A stretch of 64,000 nt of DNA from an uncultured Verrucomicrobiae bacterium (GCA_963707025.1 CAVPOM010000005.1:224001-288000), one strand, 5' to 3'; shown: positions 41,601 to 50,614, counted from the stretch's first letter. Notes: a model not told the origin generated them from the sequence alone. Made by a program: numbers and translations.

Positions 41601-43321
41601 GTCGGCACAAAACCGGTGGGGACTTTGTTGAAACTCCAGCCGGTCAAAGCCACCAGGCCGCCATACACGACCAGCGCCACAACGCTCTTCCGCAGCACAC
41701 TGCCCACCCCGGCGGAGTATTTGTTCCCGGCCCACGCAAAAATCCGGTTGAATGGCCCGAAGAACCAGCCGAGTGATTTTTCCATGAATCGGGCGAACCA
41801 ATCTTTGGGCGCATGGTGGTCTTTGAGCAACACGGCGCAAAGGGCCGGAGAAAGCGTCAGCGAACTGAACGCTGAAATCACCGTCGAGATGGCGATCGTG
41901 ATGGCAAATTGTTTGTAAAACTGCCCCGTGAGGCCGCTGATGAAAGCCGTCGGCACGAAGACGGCGCAGAGCACCAGGGCGGTGGCAATAATCGGACTGG
42001 TCACTTCGCTCATGGCCCGTTTGGCCGCTTCCACCGGCGAGAGTCCCAGCGCGATGTTGCGCTCGACATTTTCGACCACAACGATGGCGTCGTCCACCAC
42101 GATGCCGATGGCCAGCACCAGGCCAAACAGGGACAAATTGTTGATGGAAAAGCCCAAGGCCAGCATCACGGCAAATGTGCCGATGAGGGAAACGGGCACG
42201 GCGACGAGGGGGATGATGGAGGCGCGCCACGTTTGCAGGAAAAGAATGACCACGATGACCACCAGCAAGATCGCCTCCAGCAAGGTATGCACCACCGCCT
42301 CGATGGAATGCCGCACGAATACCGTCGGATCATACACCACCGAGTAATCCACCCCGTCGGGAAAACTCTTCTTGAGTTGCTCCATGGTGCGGCGAACGTC
42401 CGCGGAGAGTTGGAGAGCGTTGGCGCCTGGGGTTTGAAAGATCGGCAGGGCCACGGCGGTCTTGTTGTTCAAGAGCGAACGCAGCGAGTAACTGTCCGCG
42501 CTCAATTCGATCCGGGCGATATCTTTGAGCAGGGTTTTCTCCCCCTCGAGTCCTGTCTTGACAATGATGCGCCCGAATTCCTCCGGGGAAACCAGCCGTC
42601 CCTTTGCGTTGATCTGCAACTCAAAATCCACGGGATTGGAAACCGGTTGCTGGCCAATCGCGCCTGCGGCGACTTGCACATTCTGTTCGCGGATGGCGCT
42701 GACCACGTCGCTGGCGGTCAGATTTCGCGCCGCGATCTTGTCTGGGTTGAGCCAGACGCGCATCGCATAATCACCCGAGCCGAAAACCTGGACGTCGCCC
42801 GCGCCTGGGATGCGCGCCAGCACATCCTTCACTTGGAGCGTGGCGTAATTGCGCAGATAAACGTCGTCATACCGGCCCGAAGGCGAGAACAAATGCACGA
42901 CCATCGTCAGGTCGGGGGATTGCTTGGTCGTCGTCACCCCTAGCTGGCGAACTTCTTCCGGCAGCTTGGCCAAGACCTGGGACACCCGGTTTTGCACCTG
43001 CACCTGGGCTTTGTCCACATCCGTGCCGAGCTTGAACGTCACCGTCAGCGTCAGCACCCCGTCGGGCGTCGCCTGGGAAAACATGTAAAGTGAATTCTCC
43101 ACGCCATTGACGGATTGTTCCAGCGGCGAGGCCACAGTTTCGGCAATGGTCTTGGGATTGGCGCCGGGATAAACCGCGCGCACCACGATGGTCGGGGGAA
43201 CCACCTCCGGGTATTCGCTGATGGGCAGGCGAAACATCGAGATCAGCCCGATAAGAAAGACCACTGCCGAGAGTACGCCCGCGAAGATCGGGCGGCGGAT
43301 GAAAAAGTGAGAGAAGTTCAT
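38672..43321 (-). CDS. HAE1-family RND efflux permease fused in frame to a TolC/NodT-family outer membrane factor
   Basis: FFIRRPIFA, GIVVDDAIVVVENVER, RLRPILMTS; then GPDY, YEIDLWGRVRR, LPSDLLERRPDV, LIKALGGGW; no internal stop. Confidence 0.9.
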   Translation of the reverse strand: MNFSHFFIRRPIFAGVLSAVVFLIGLISMFRLPISEYPEVVPPTIVVRAVYPGANPKTIAETVASPLEQSVNGVENSLYMFSQATPDGVLTLTVTFKLGTDVDKAQVQVQNRVSQVLAKLPEEVRQLGVTTTKQSPDLTMVVHLFSPSGRYDDVYLRNYATLQVKDVLARIPGAGDVQVFGSGDYAMRVWLNPDKIAARNLTASDVVSAIREQNVQVAAGAIGQQPVSNPVDFELQINAKGRLVSPEEFGRIIVKTGLEGEKTLLKDIARIELSADSYSLRSLLNNKTAVALPIFQTPGANALQLSADVRRTMEQLKKSFPDGVDYSVVYDPTVFVRHSIEAVVHTLLEAILLVVIVVILFLQTWRASIIPLVAVPVSLIGTFAVMLALGFSINNLSLFGLVLAIGIVVDDAIVVVENVERNIALGLSPVEAAKRAMSEVTSPIIATALVLCAVFVPTAFISGLTGQFYKQFAITIAISTVISAFSSLTLSPALCAVLLKDHHAPKDWFARFMEKSLGWFFGPFNRIFAWAGNKYSAGVGSVLRKSVVALVVYGGLVALTGWSFNKVPTGFVPTQDKQYLVAFAQLPDAASLDRTEAVIRRMSDIGLKQPGVESAVAFPGLSISGFSVSPNEGIVFFCLKPFEERTSSQLSGPAIAATLNQQFAGIQDAFVLTVPPPPVNGLGTIGGFKLYVEDRADLGYDALYQSLQGVIGKSYQTPGLASVFSTFTVNVPQLDADIDRIKAKQEGVQLQNLFETMQIYLGSLYVNDFNRFGRTYQVVAQADGQFRDRPEDITRLKTRNDKGQMVPLGALVKVTETHGPNRALRYNGYPAAEINGGPAAGYSSGQAEALIAKLAGDGLAKGMTFEWTDLTYQRILAGNSAIYVYPLCILLVFLVLAAQYESLRLPLAIILIVPMCLLFAISGVWLKGGDNNIFTQIGLIVLVGLACKNAILIVEFARHKQDEEGVPAFQAAVEASRLRLRPILMTSIAFIAGVFPLVVAHGAGAEMRQAMGVAVFAGMIGVTLFGLFLTPVFYLTLMRRVSRKPSVIASHEPNGPALGAPSAVAGILLLAALFSPASAQAGSLTIGPDYRPPTNSVPENYKAAKLGQWKEGRPLDGVPKGNWWEVFGDTNLNDLELQAMRANQSLKAAVARVDQARATARVARGDLLPSLSLDPSFARQRYSPNQSPSFGTLTANTWQAPLDLSYEIDLWGRVRRGFESARADAQASLAAFGSVLLTLQADVAQNYFRLRALDAELATVTGTVELRKEQVGLVQSRFNGGIGNDLDIARAETELATTEAEAASLAQQRAELENAIAILAGSNPSSFHVAAETAGAWNPQPPEIPAGLPSDLLERRPDVAQAERQLASSNARIGVAKAAFFPVLTLTGSGGYLSADVDTLFNWNSRTWSIGPSLSLPIFAGGRNKANYHRSQAVFEESVANYRQQVLVAFNEVEDSLSGIRHLADQSSAQQRAVMNARRAVGLATNRYQSGIVSYIEVVDASRDALQAERGNAQLAGERLIAAVQLIKALGGGWNNSAAETLAVSSVKH

Positions 43322-43340
43322 AAGTTTGATCCTTTGAGTT

Positions 43341-44519
43341 TCAACGTTGGGCGATCTTGACGGAGGAGCTTGCGGCCACTTGTGCCTGCGGCGTCACCGG
43401 CATCCCCGGCCGGATGCGTTCCATTCCGTTGACGATGATCTTTTCGCCCGGCAGCAAGCCGGAGCGGACGATGCGCCTGCCTTCCACCGCCGGGCCGAGC
43501 TTCACGGCCGTGTAAGCGACGGTGTTGCTGGCGGTGAGTGTCAATACATATTTCTGCGCCTGATCAGTCCCGATGGCCCGTTCGGACACCAGCAACGCCG
43601 CATGCCGCTCGCTCAGAGGAACCCGGATGCGCGCAAACAATCCCGGCATAATCCGCCCGTCCTCGTTGGAAAACACCGCGCGCAGCAGAATGCTGCCGGT
43701 GTTGGGGTCCACGCGGTTGTCGAACGACTCAATGTGCCCGCGGTGCGGGAAGCCCGTTTCGTCGGCGAGTTGCAGCTCGATGGGGATCTGGCCCTTGCCG
43801 TTGGTCTCCATTTTTCCAGCCTGGACAACCGCGTTGAATTTCAGCAGCGAATCCTCGTCCACGTCCGCATAAACGTATACGGGATTCACCGAAACCAGGG
43901 TCGTCAACAGAGAGGCCGATCCCGGACCGCCACTGACGTAATTGCCTTCGGTCAGCAAGGCGCGGCTGACACGGCCATCAATGGGCGCGCGCACCTGCGT
44001 GTAATCCAGGTCCAGCTTGGCCGAGTCGCGCGCAGCTTGCGCGGCGAGCAACGCAGCCTTGGCCTCCTGAAAACGCGCCACGCGTGCGTCGGATTCCTCG
44101 GTGGAAATGGCTTTGTTGGCCAGCAAGTCAGAAGCCCGGCCGGCCTCGCGCTTTGCGTTTTCCAACAGTACGCTGGCGCGGTCGGCTTCCGCCTCCAGGT
44201 TGTTGAAGGCGGCCTGATGCCAACGCGGGTCAATCACAAAAAGCACGTCGCCCTTCTTCACCAATTGGCCCGATTGAAACCGCACTTCCTGGATGTAGCC
44301 AGAAACACGCGGCCGAACCTCGACCGATTCCACAGGTTCGGTGCGTCCCGTGAATTCGTCCCACTCCACCAGTTCCCTTTGCTCGACCGGCGCCACCGTC
44401 ACTGTGGGCGGTGGCGGTTGTTGTGGCGCGGCATTTGCGCCGCAACCCGTGAGGAGGATGGCCACAAATCCAACGACCGGAACGGCCAGGGCGAAAACGA
44501 AAACATTTTTTGTTGTCAT
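43341..44519 (-). CDS. RND periplasmic adaptor (MFP) lipoprotein
   Basis: LLTGC lipobox; VEVRPRVSGYI, VRAPIDGRV, PGLFARIR. Confidence 0.93.
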   Translation of the reverse strand: MTTKNVFVFALAVPVVGFVAILLTGCGANAAPQQPPPPTVTVAPVEQRELVEWDEFTGRTEPVESVEVRPRVSGYIQEVRFQSGQLVKKGDVLFVIDPRWHQAAFNNLEAEADRASVLLENAKREAGRASDLLANKAISTEESDARVARFQEAKAALLAAQAARDSAKLDLDYTQVRAPIDGRVSRALLTEGNYVSGGPGSASLLTTLVSVNPVYVYADVDEDSLLKFNAVVQAGKMETNGKGQIPIELQLADETGFPHRGHIESFDNRVDPNTGSILLRAVFSNEDGRIMPGLFARIRVPLSERHAALLVSERAIGTDQAQKYVLTLTASNTVAYTAVKLGPAVEGRRIVRSGLLPGEKIIVNGMERIRPGMPVTPQAQVAASSSVKIAQR

Positions 44520-44567
44520 AGTATTTTTGGGTTTGAGATTCGGGATCAAGTGCGAATGCCGTCAGGC

Positions 44568-44903
44568 TCAGGCCGCAAGCGTGAAAGGCTCCAACCTGCG
44601 CAAGGAATGCTGGTGAGCGGTCCAAGCAGCCGAGCTTTGCACCTTTTCTTCCGCGAGCACCGGCAACAGCAGCAAGGGCTCAGGCGTCAGGGACACCAAA
44701 GCGTACGCTTCATTGACCGCCTGATAAACTAGCCGCGCCGGCACGCCGGCGTATTCCGAGGTGAACTTTCTCACCAAAGCAGATTTGAGTTTATCCGCCT
44801 TGGATCTGGGGAACAGTGGCTTGAAGGGATTCGCGCTTTTCGCAGGCGTGTTTTCGATTAGTAACTGAACTGACTGGTCAATTCTTTTTTGGATAGTTTT
44901 CAT
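44568..44903 (-). CDS. Small hypothetical protein
   Basis: 111-aa ORF between tetR and the adaptor gene; helical NEA.AL..LT..PLL.LP.LAEEK segment. Confidence 0.65.
   Translation of the reverse strand: MKTIQKRIDQSVQLLIENTPAKSANPFKPLFPRSKADKLKSALVRKFTSEYAGVPARLVYQAVNEAYALVSLTPEPLLLLPVLAEEKVQSSAAWTAHQHSLRRLEPFTLAA
44868..44881. promoter_or_regulatory. Putative TetR operator 2
   Basis: aactgactggtcaa; 12/14 identical to 45595-45608; TGAC-N2-GTCA palindrome. Confidence 0.5.
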
Positions 44904-44937
44904 GCGTGTCTTTCTTTCTTTGTTTACTTTAAATCTG

Positions 44938-45543
44938 TCAGGCTGCGACTGCCTTGGCTCCGAGTAAATTCATGACGGTGGCTTCCAAATTCTCCAAAAC
45001 TTTCAAGTCATTTTGCACCCTGGCTTCGACCATCATTCCACAGAGTAATGACTGCAAAGTGACCGACGCGGCCACGGGATCTTTCACCGTGACAGAGCCT
45101 TCGCGGATGGCATCCGCGATCGCGCTCTCGACATATTTCCTGCTCGCATTCATCAGATGCTCGCTCTTGGCGCGGATTCTCTCATCCAGGGTGGCAAGTT
45201 CGCTTCCCACACTCGTATAAGGGCAACCGCAAACACGTCCGTATTCCCCGGCCTTTTCCTTCTGGACCGCATAAATCATCCGGCAAAAATTCTGAATTCG
45301 TTCCAAAGGCGGCACCTGTGGCGAGAAGATGTGGTCCATCGCCGGACGCTTCTCCCTCCAGTGCTCTTCATAAGCCTCCACGACCAAATCCGTCTTGGAA
45401 GGAAAGAAATGATAGAAACTGCCCTTGTTGATTCCGGCGCGCTTGCAAATATCGTCCACGCTGACGGAACCGTAGCTGCTGTCCCAAATGAGCTCGAATC
45501 CCACTTGCAGCAACTTTTCTTTCGTTTCACATGTCTTTTTCAT
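44938..45543 (-). CDS. TetR/AcrR family regulator (NemR-like)
   Basis: SVDDICKRAGINKGSFYHFFPSK HTH; GCP motif. Confidence 0.92.
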   Translation of the reverse strand: MKKTCETKEKLLQVGFELIWDSSYGSVSVDDICKRAGINKGSFYHFFPSKTDLVVEAYEEHWREKRPAMDHIFSPQVPPLERIQNFCRMIYAVQKEKAGEYGRVCGCPYTSVGSELATLDERIRAKSEHLMNASRKYVESAIADAIREGSVTVKDPVAASVTLQSLLCGMMVEARVQNDLKVLENLEATVMNLLGAKAVAA

Positions 45544-45594
45544 GTTCAGCACTGTTGGTCTGATTCTCCCAACACCGACACTCTCGCATAAATA

Positions 45595-45608
45595 AACTGA
45601 CCAGTCAA
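45595..45608. promoter_or_regulatory. Putative TetR operator overlapping the tetR -35 (TTGACT)
   Basis: aactgaccagtcaa, TGAC-N2-GTCA palindrome just upstream of tetR. Confidence 0.55.
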
Positions 45609-45784
45609 CTTTTTTCTGCAGAAATGTTGATTTTTTGGGCCAGAGTCTCGGAGGTAAGCCGTGACAGGTCTTTCTCGGCCGCCCGTTCAAGCAGGACGCG
45701 ATACATTGTTACCGGCGGTTGCGCTCGGCCAGGAATTCTTCCAGCGGGCGGCAATGCAGAGGCTTGCGGCGGGCGCGTTTGAAT

Positions 45785-45990
45785 TTGGGGGACTCAAGCT
45801 GCGCCTCATCCCGCGACAAGTCACGCCACAGGCTCTCCATCACCCGAAGTTTCTCGGCGATGGTCATTTTCTCCAATGGCAATGTAATTTCCATTTTCTT
45901 TTCGATACCGCTGAACCGTCTAAATCTCGCGTGTCCTGGGGATGACGTCAATAGCGGGCAGGCAATTCTCGCCATTGCCAACACGGCCAC
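45785..45990 (-). pseudogene. Truncated duplicate of the antitoxin gene and its upstream region (46717-46922)
   Basis: Near-identical MEITLPLEKMTIAEKLRVMESLWRDL...ESPK, then diverges; no toxin follows. Confidence 0.85.
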
Positions 45991-46054
45991 AACCCAGGGG
46001 GGCGAGTGATGTCGGCATGGCGAGACTCCGTTCGAGCCGAAACTCGATCTCCTG

Positions 46055-46132
46055 GGGGAAAGTCACGTTTTGACACTCCCTGTCACAATGGGTCACGCAA
46101 TGGAAAATGGCGGGAGTGGCGGGGCTCGAACC
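46055..46132 (+). repeat. 78-bp direct repeat of 53502-53579 containing the 25-bp att core (tRNA-Asp 3' end, 46108-46132)
   Basis: 74/78 identity; the core is a perfect 25-bp match. Confidence 0.95.
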
Positions 46133-46315
46133 TGCTACGAATCGTTGAATATCAAGGGTTTAGGTGGGGTGCCCTCACAAGGAGCCTCACAGAAGCCAGT
46201 CACACTGAGTCACGACCTGGCGCAAGTAGTCACGGCGTGGGATAAACTTTCCGCTCCGCTCAAGGCCGCAATCCTCGCCATTGTCGGCGCGGCGACAGTA
46301 AAGGAGGTTCAGTGA
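46133..46315 (+). other. Detached in-frame C-terminal tail of the integrase (joined only in the excised circle)
   Basis: Same frame as int across the att core; 60 aa ending DLAQVVTAWDKLSAPLKAAILAIVGAATVKEVQ. Confidence 0.7.
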
Positions 46316-46611
46316 CCAAGGCCCGCCAGCTTTTCCCGAATTGCCTGCGGATCACTCCGGCAGTCCAAGACAGCCCATACTCGGGCCGTCATGCCTTCTT
46401 GATCGTAATAGACGGCGTAGGGGAAACGCTCGGACAGCAGCCAATGGTAACCAAATTGCTTGGAATGAATTCCCGCGTAAAGGCGAAGCGATTCAATGTC
46501 CGAAAACAACGACTCCTGGAAATAATCTCCCAACCCTGCCTGCTGTCGTTCGTAAAAATCAAATCCGTTGGAGAGGTCATCCCGTGCCGACGGCAGAATA
46601 AGGATACTCAT
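46309..46611 (-). CDS. RelE/ParE family toxin
   Basis: SARDDL...FYERQQAGLG..F; RFPYAVYY; AVLDCR.DP; coupled to the antitoxin. Confidence 0.88.
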   Translation of the reverse strand: MSILILPSARDDLSNGFDFYERQQAGLGDYFQESLFSDIESLRLYAGIHSKQFGYHWLLSERFPYAVYYDQEGMTARVWAVLDCRSDPQAIREKLAGLGH

Positions 46612-46826
46612 TTCACCCGGTTGCGGAGTTGCGTTTTCGCTGTCTCCCAGTCCATGAAGGATTCCTTGCCCTGCTCCACTCGCGCGGCCCTCTCTCCGAG
46701 AACCTCGCCATGCCATTTGGGAGATTCAAGCTGCTCCTCATCCCGCGTCAAGTCGCGCCAGAGGCTCTCCATCACCCGAAGTTTCTCGGCGATGGTCATT
46801 TTCTCCAATGGCAATGTAATTTCCAT
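46608..46826 (-). CDS. Addiction-module antitoxin component
   Basis: EKL..MESLWRDL, SPKWHGEVL.ER, DWETAK; ATGA overlap with the toxin. Confidence 0.88.
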   Translation of the reverse strand: MEITLPLEKMTIAEKLRVMESLWRDLTRDEEQLESPKWHGEVLGERAARVEQGKESFMDWETAKTQLRNRVK

Positions 46827-46937
46827 TTTCTTTTCGATACCGCTGAACCGCCTAAATCTCGCGTGTCCTGGAGATGATGTCAATAGCGGGCAGGCAATTC
46901 TCGCCATTGCCAACACGGCCACGGACAAGGGGGGCCA

Positions 46938-47652
46938 GTGACACCGGAGCGGCACGGCAGCGAGATAAAGCGAGCAGAACCGGACAGCGAGCACCACTGC
47001 TCGCCGGTTCTGCGGCCGTACGCGGTGACAACTGGCGACAGCGAGAGGCGGCGGGGTGGTGCCCAGCGCCACCCGCCGCCTCCGCTGGGCTTGTCTAAAG
47101 CGCATATTTCGGCGCGACAACGAAAAGGAAGCGTGACCTGTTACCGTGGTGCCAGCCTGATTCAGGTGCGCCTCCGTGGGGATGTGGCGGCGGGAAACAC
47201 GAGCGGTTGCGGCCCGCGTGGTGAAATTGTCGAGTTCACCCCGGCTTCGCGTCGGCGGATGCTGGAACTGCTGGCGAAAGTGGAACAGGCGGCGGTGCCT
47301 CTCGCCTTCACCCTGACCTAAGCGTTACGTTGCGAAAAAGGAGGAAATGCCGGTGATGGAACAAAAGCCGGGCCGGTATTGGGGTGTGATTGGCCGGGAA
47401 CACCTGCCATTTGGGAAACGGGAAGATCGGGAAGTCACGGGAGACCAGGCGGTGAAACTGCGGAGGGCCATGCGGCGTTACCGTGTGGCGAACACCCCGC
47501 CGGAGAAGCGGAAATATCTGCGGAAGAGCCAACTGTGGTCGGAAGATTTTACGGCCAAGCTGTTTTGCAACGTCGAGTTCTGGATGGAACGTCTGCCGAA
47601 ATTGATCGGCCTTTATGAGAATACCGCAATTGTGATTCCGAATTCCGCATGA
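46938..47652 (+). pseudogene. Rolling-circle (HUH) replication initiator with internal deletion
   Basis: RGEIVEFTPASRRRMLELL...FTLT (motif I) abuts, out of frame, KRYVAK...GRYWG (motif III); HUH motif II is missing. Confidence 0.6.
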
Positions 47653-47760
47653 CCCTTTCACGGAGCCAAGAGAGAACCAGAATTCAAAAAGTGAGAACTG
47701 AGGCTTGCACATACCCACTGTTCCTTGACATCTGTGACTTTTGAGTGCAGGCTGGAAGCC

Positions 47761-48276
47761 ATGAGTGATTATACTTCTTTATGGCCGATTTTGGGCGGCG
47801 GTGCAGTCGGCTTTCTAAGCAGCTTAGGAACATCGCTGATTTCAGAAACGAGAAGGCGTGAGGCCGAGAGATTAAGCCTTACGGGAGCAATCGTTGGTGA
47901 AGTATCGGCGCTCATCGATATTTCCGAGCGCCGCAATTACATTGAGGGTCTTCGTGAATTGATAAGCCGAGCGAAAGCCAACAAGGATGCACCAGACAAA
48001 AGTGTCTGGTACCATTTCTCCGTGCGCCGCAATCCATTTCCGGTGTACGATGCTAATCTTACGCGCATCGGTATTCTTCGCGATCCGTTACCAAGGCATA
48101 TCGCTCGTTTCTATGCAATGTCTTCATCAATTCTTGAGGACATCGCCGATATGAGAGAGGGTAAGATGCAGCGCGGTCGCGATGAATCAATCCACTGCCT
48201 TGAGGAACTTCTTAAACTTTTTGAAGACACACTTGTTTTGGGGCGAAAAATCGTTTCGGACGGCCATAGTCCCTAA
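47761..48276 (+). CDS. Hypothetical protein with N-terminal TM helix
   Basis: 171-aa ORF, AT-richer than the host genes, own TTGACA promoter at 47725. Confidence 0.75.
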   Translation: MSDYTSLWPILGGGAVGFLSSLGTSLISETRRREAERLSLTGAIVGEVSALIDISERRNYIEGLRELISRAKANKDAPDKSVWYHFSVRRNPFPVYDANLTRIGILRDPLPRHIARFYAMSSSILEDIADMREGKMQRGRDESIHCLEELLKLFEDTLVLGRKIVSDGHSP

Positions 48277-48309
48277 AGTCTTCAAATAAATATACAAAAG
48301 CTGATTGAA

Positions 48310-48400
48310 GGAACATCGGGGTCATAGGGAACATCGGGGTCACATCTAAACATTCTACATTGGGGCGCGACGAAATGTAGAATGTTTAGATTTGACACCG
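48310..48400. repeat. Palindromic REP/MITE-like element
   Basis: 15-bp repeat ggaacatcggggtca present twice; 27-bp inverted arms 48335-48361 and 48374-48400 (25/27). Confidence 0.75.
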
Positions 48401-48745
48401 TTTCACTTTTGGCCTTGAAGGCGTTTCTGAATTTGTGCCGATAGTTGAGCGGCTTCTGCCAGTGCTCTCTTATATTTATTTTCAAGCCCAGAGCCGTCTT
48501 CTGATGGTGCCAGTCGTTGTAATTGTTCCATAAGTGCATCGCATTTCGATTTTGCTGTGGCAAGTGAAGCCCTCAGCGATGCCATATCATCCCCCCCCGT
48601 TAGACAAACAAGTGATTCACAGTGACGTGCCAATGTTCGCAGAATGTGATGGTAGGTCTCCAATCTTTGAGCTGGACCCCTATTTTTAGACCACAGGTAA
48701 GTTTCGATTTTTGCCGGTTTGCTGTAGATAAGAAAGAGCAGACTT

Positions 48746-49036
48746 ATGAAAGCAAAACGGAAAAGACACAGTGCGGCCTTCAAGGCCAAAGTGGGATTCG
48801 AAGCCCTGGTGGGGCTGAAGACGGTCGCGCAATTGGCGCGAGAGTATGCGGTGCATCCGGCGCAGGTCACGCAGTGGCGGGCGACGATTCGGGATCACAT
48901 GCCCGAATTGTTTGAGCCCGGGCAACCCCGCACGGAGGATCAGGAACAGTTGATTGCCCAACTGCATGAGAAGATTGGCCAACTGACGGTGGACTTGGAC
49001 TGGCTTAAAAAAAAGTCCAGGCAACTGGGGCTTTAA
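48746..49036 (+). CDS. IS3 transposase OrfA
   Basis: HSAAFKAKV HTH; ends with WLKKKS over the A8G slippery run. Confidence 0.92.
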   Translation: MKAKRKRHSAAFKAKVGFEALVGLKTVAQLAREYAVHPAQVTQWRATIRDHMPELFEPGQPRTEDQEQLIAQLHEKIGQLTVDLDWLKKKSRQLGL

Positions 49037-49923
49037 CATGTTTAATCGCTCCCGATCCGCAGCTCAGCGTGCGGCGCCAGTGCGAGCTGCTGGCGGTGTG
49101 CCGTGGCAGTTATTATTACCAGTGCTGTCCGGAGACAGAGGAGAACCTGGCGCTGATGCGGCGGTTGGACCAGATGCATTTGGACCACCCGGTTTATGGC
49201 AGCCGCAAACTGACCGTGCTGTTGCGCCGGGAGGGTTTGACCATCAATCGCAAACGGGTGGTGCGGCTGCTGCGGTTGATGGGGATCGAGGCGATTTACG
49301 CCAAGCCCAAGACGAGTCTGCGGGAGATGGGGCACCAGATTTATCCGTATCTGTTACGCAATTTGGCAGTGACGGGACCGGATCAGGTTTGGTGTTCGGA
49401 CATTACGTATGTGCCTATGGCAACTGGGTTTATGTATTTGGTGGCGGTGATGGATTGGTGGAGTCGTTACGTGCTGGGATGGCGCTTGAGCAACACGTTG
49501 GAGGCGGACTTTTGTGTGGACGCTTGGGAGGCGGCGTTGCGGGCGGGGCGTCAGGCGCCGTTGATTTCCAATACCGACCAGGGATCGCAGTTCACCTCCC
49601 CGATGTTTATCGATGCGGTGGAATCGGCGGGGGTGGACGTGAGCATGGACGGACGGGGTCGCTGGATGGACAACCGGTTTATCGAGCGGCTGTGGCGGAG
49701 CGCCAAGTATGAGGACATTTATTTGCAAGACTATGGCGACGGGTTGGCGGCAGGGCGCGGACTGGGCCGGTGGTTTGACGGCTACAACCGGGAACGACCG
49801 CACCAGGCGTTGGGCTATGCGACGCCGGCGGACGCGTATTTTGATCCCGGCACGCATGGAGCCCAACCGGCCAAATGGGAAGCGATGCAACCTGCCAGAG
49901 GCAGGAGCGATCGCAGCACTTGA
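49007..49923 (+). CDS. IS3 transposase OrfB (DDE), reached by programmed -1 frameshift
   Basis: -1 frame is open from the A8G run at 49007-49015; WCSDITY, TDQGSQFT, DNRFIERLWRSAKYE. Confidence 0.92.
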
Positions 49924-50614
49924 CAGAGAGGCAGGCGGCAGGAAAAGGCTTGAAATCAGACCGCCTGCGGCGGTAGAGTTGAGAACCCTAAGAAAACGGA
50001 GAGGGAGGACGGGCAGTGCTCCGCATCGCTCGTTCTCTCTTTCGAAAGGGTTTTGAAACACGGAATGAACAGTAGTCAACTACAATTAGTAATGACAGCA
50101 ATCGGCAAAAGTCGCGCTTATTTCATGCGCTCCGTGGTCTAAAGGATGGGGTCCACCTCACTTTTCGGGGTTACAAAAATAGCATCGCGTATCTGATTCT
50201 TGAGTGGTTCCGCAAAGAAGCGAAAGATGCGTCTTTTCGTCTCCTTGCAAAAGATAGAGAAGGGAAGATCGGCATCAATTATTCCGTCCTGAAAATACTT
50301 AAATGGGGTGTGTTTGGCGTTCTTTATTTTCTGTTCAAACCTCGACAACTCAGCCTGGGTCAGTTTGTTAAATGGTGGAGGTATTTCTAAAGCCTGTGGA
50401 GCAACGCATTGCAATACTCTGGACAAGGCAGTTGGACGCAACTTCAAATTGTGTCCCCTCCACCGCGTTTCAAAATATGCCAATTCTACAAAGCATCTAG
50501 CGGTGGTGGCCGCGCTCGCCTCATCCACCGGCAGACCTTCAAACAATTTATCGAAAGATTGTTCAACTTGGCTTTTGTCCATAATAATCCTGCTGGTGAA
50601 TCTTGCCTCGTGAG

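Larger units (their letters stand above)
48668..50160 (+). mobile_element. IS3-family insertion sequence, 1493 bp
   Basis: TG...CA ends, 27-bp IRs (22/27), 3-bp CTT target duplication. Confidence 0.95.
48403..50582 (-). pseudogene. 227-aa hypothetical gene interrupted by IS3
   Basis: Removing the IS and one CTT restores the frame: ...IFVTPK-RLETYHH... Confidence 0.85.
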
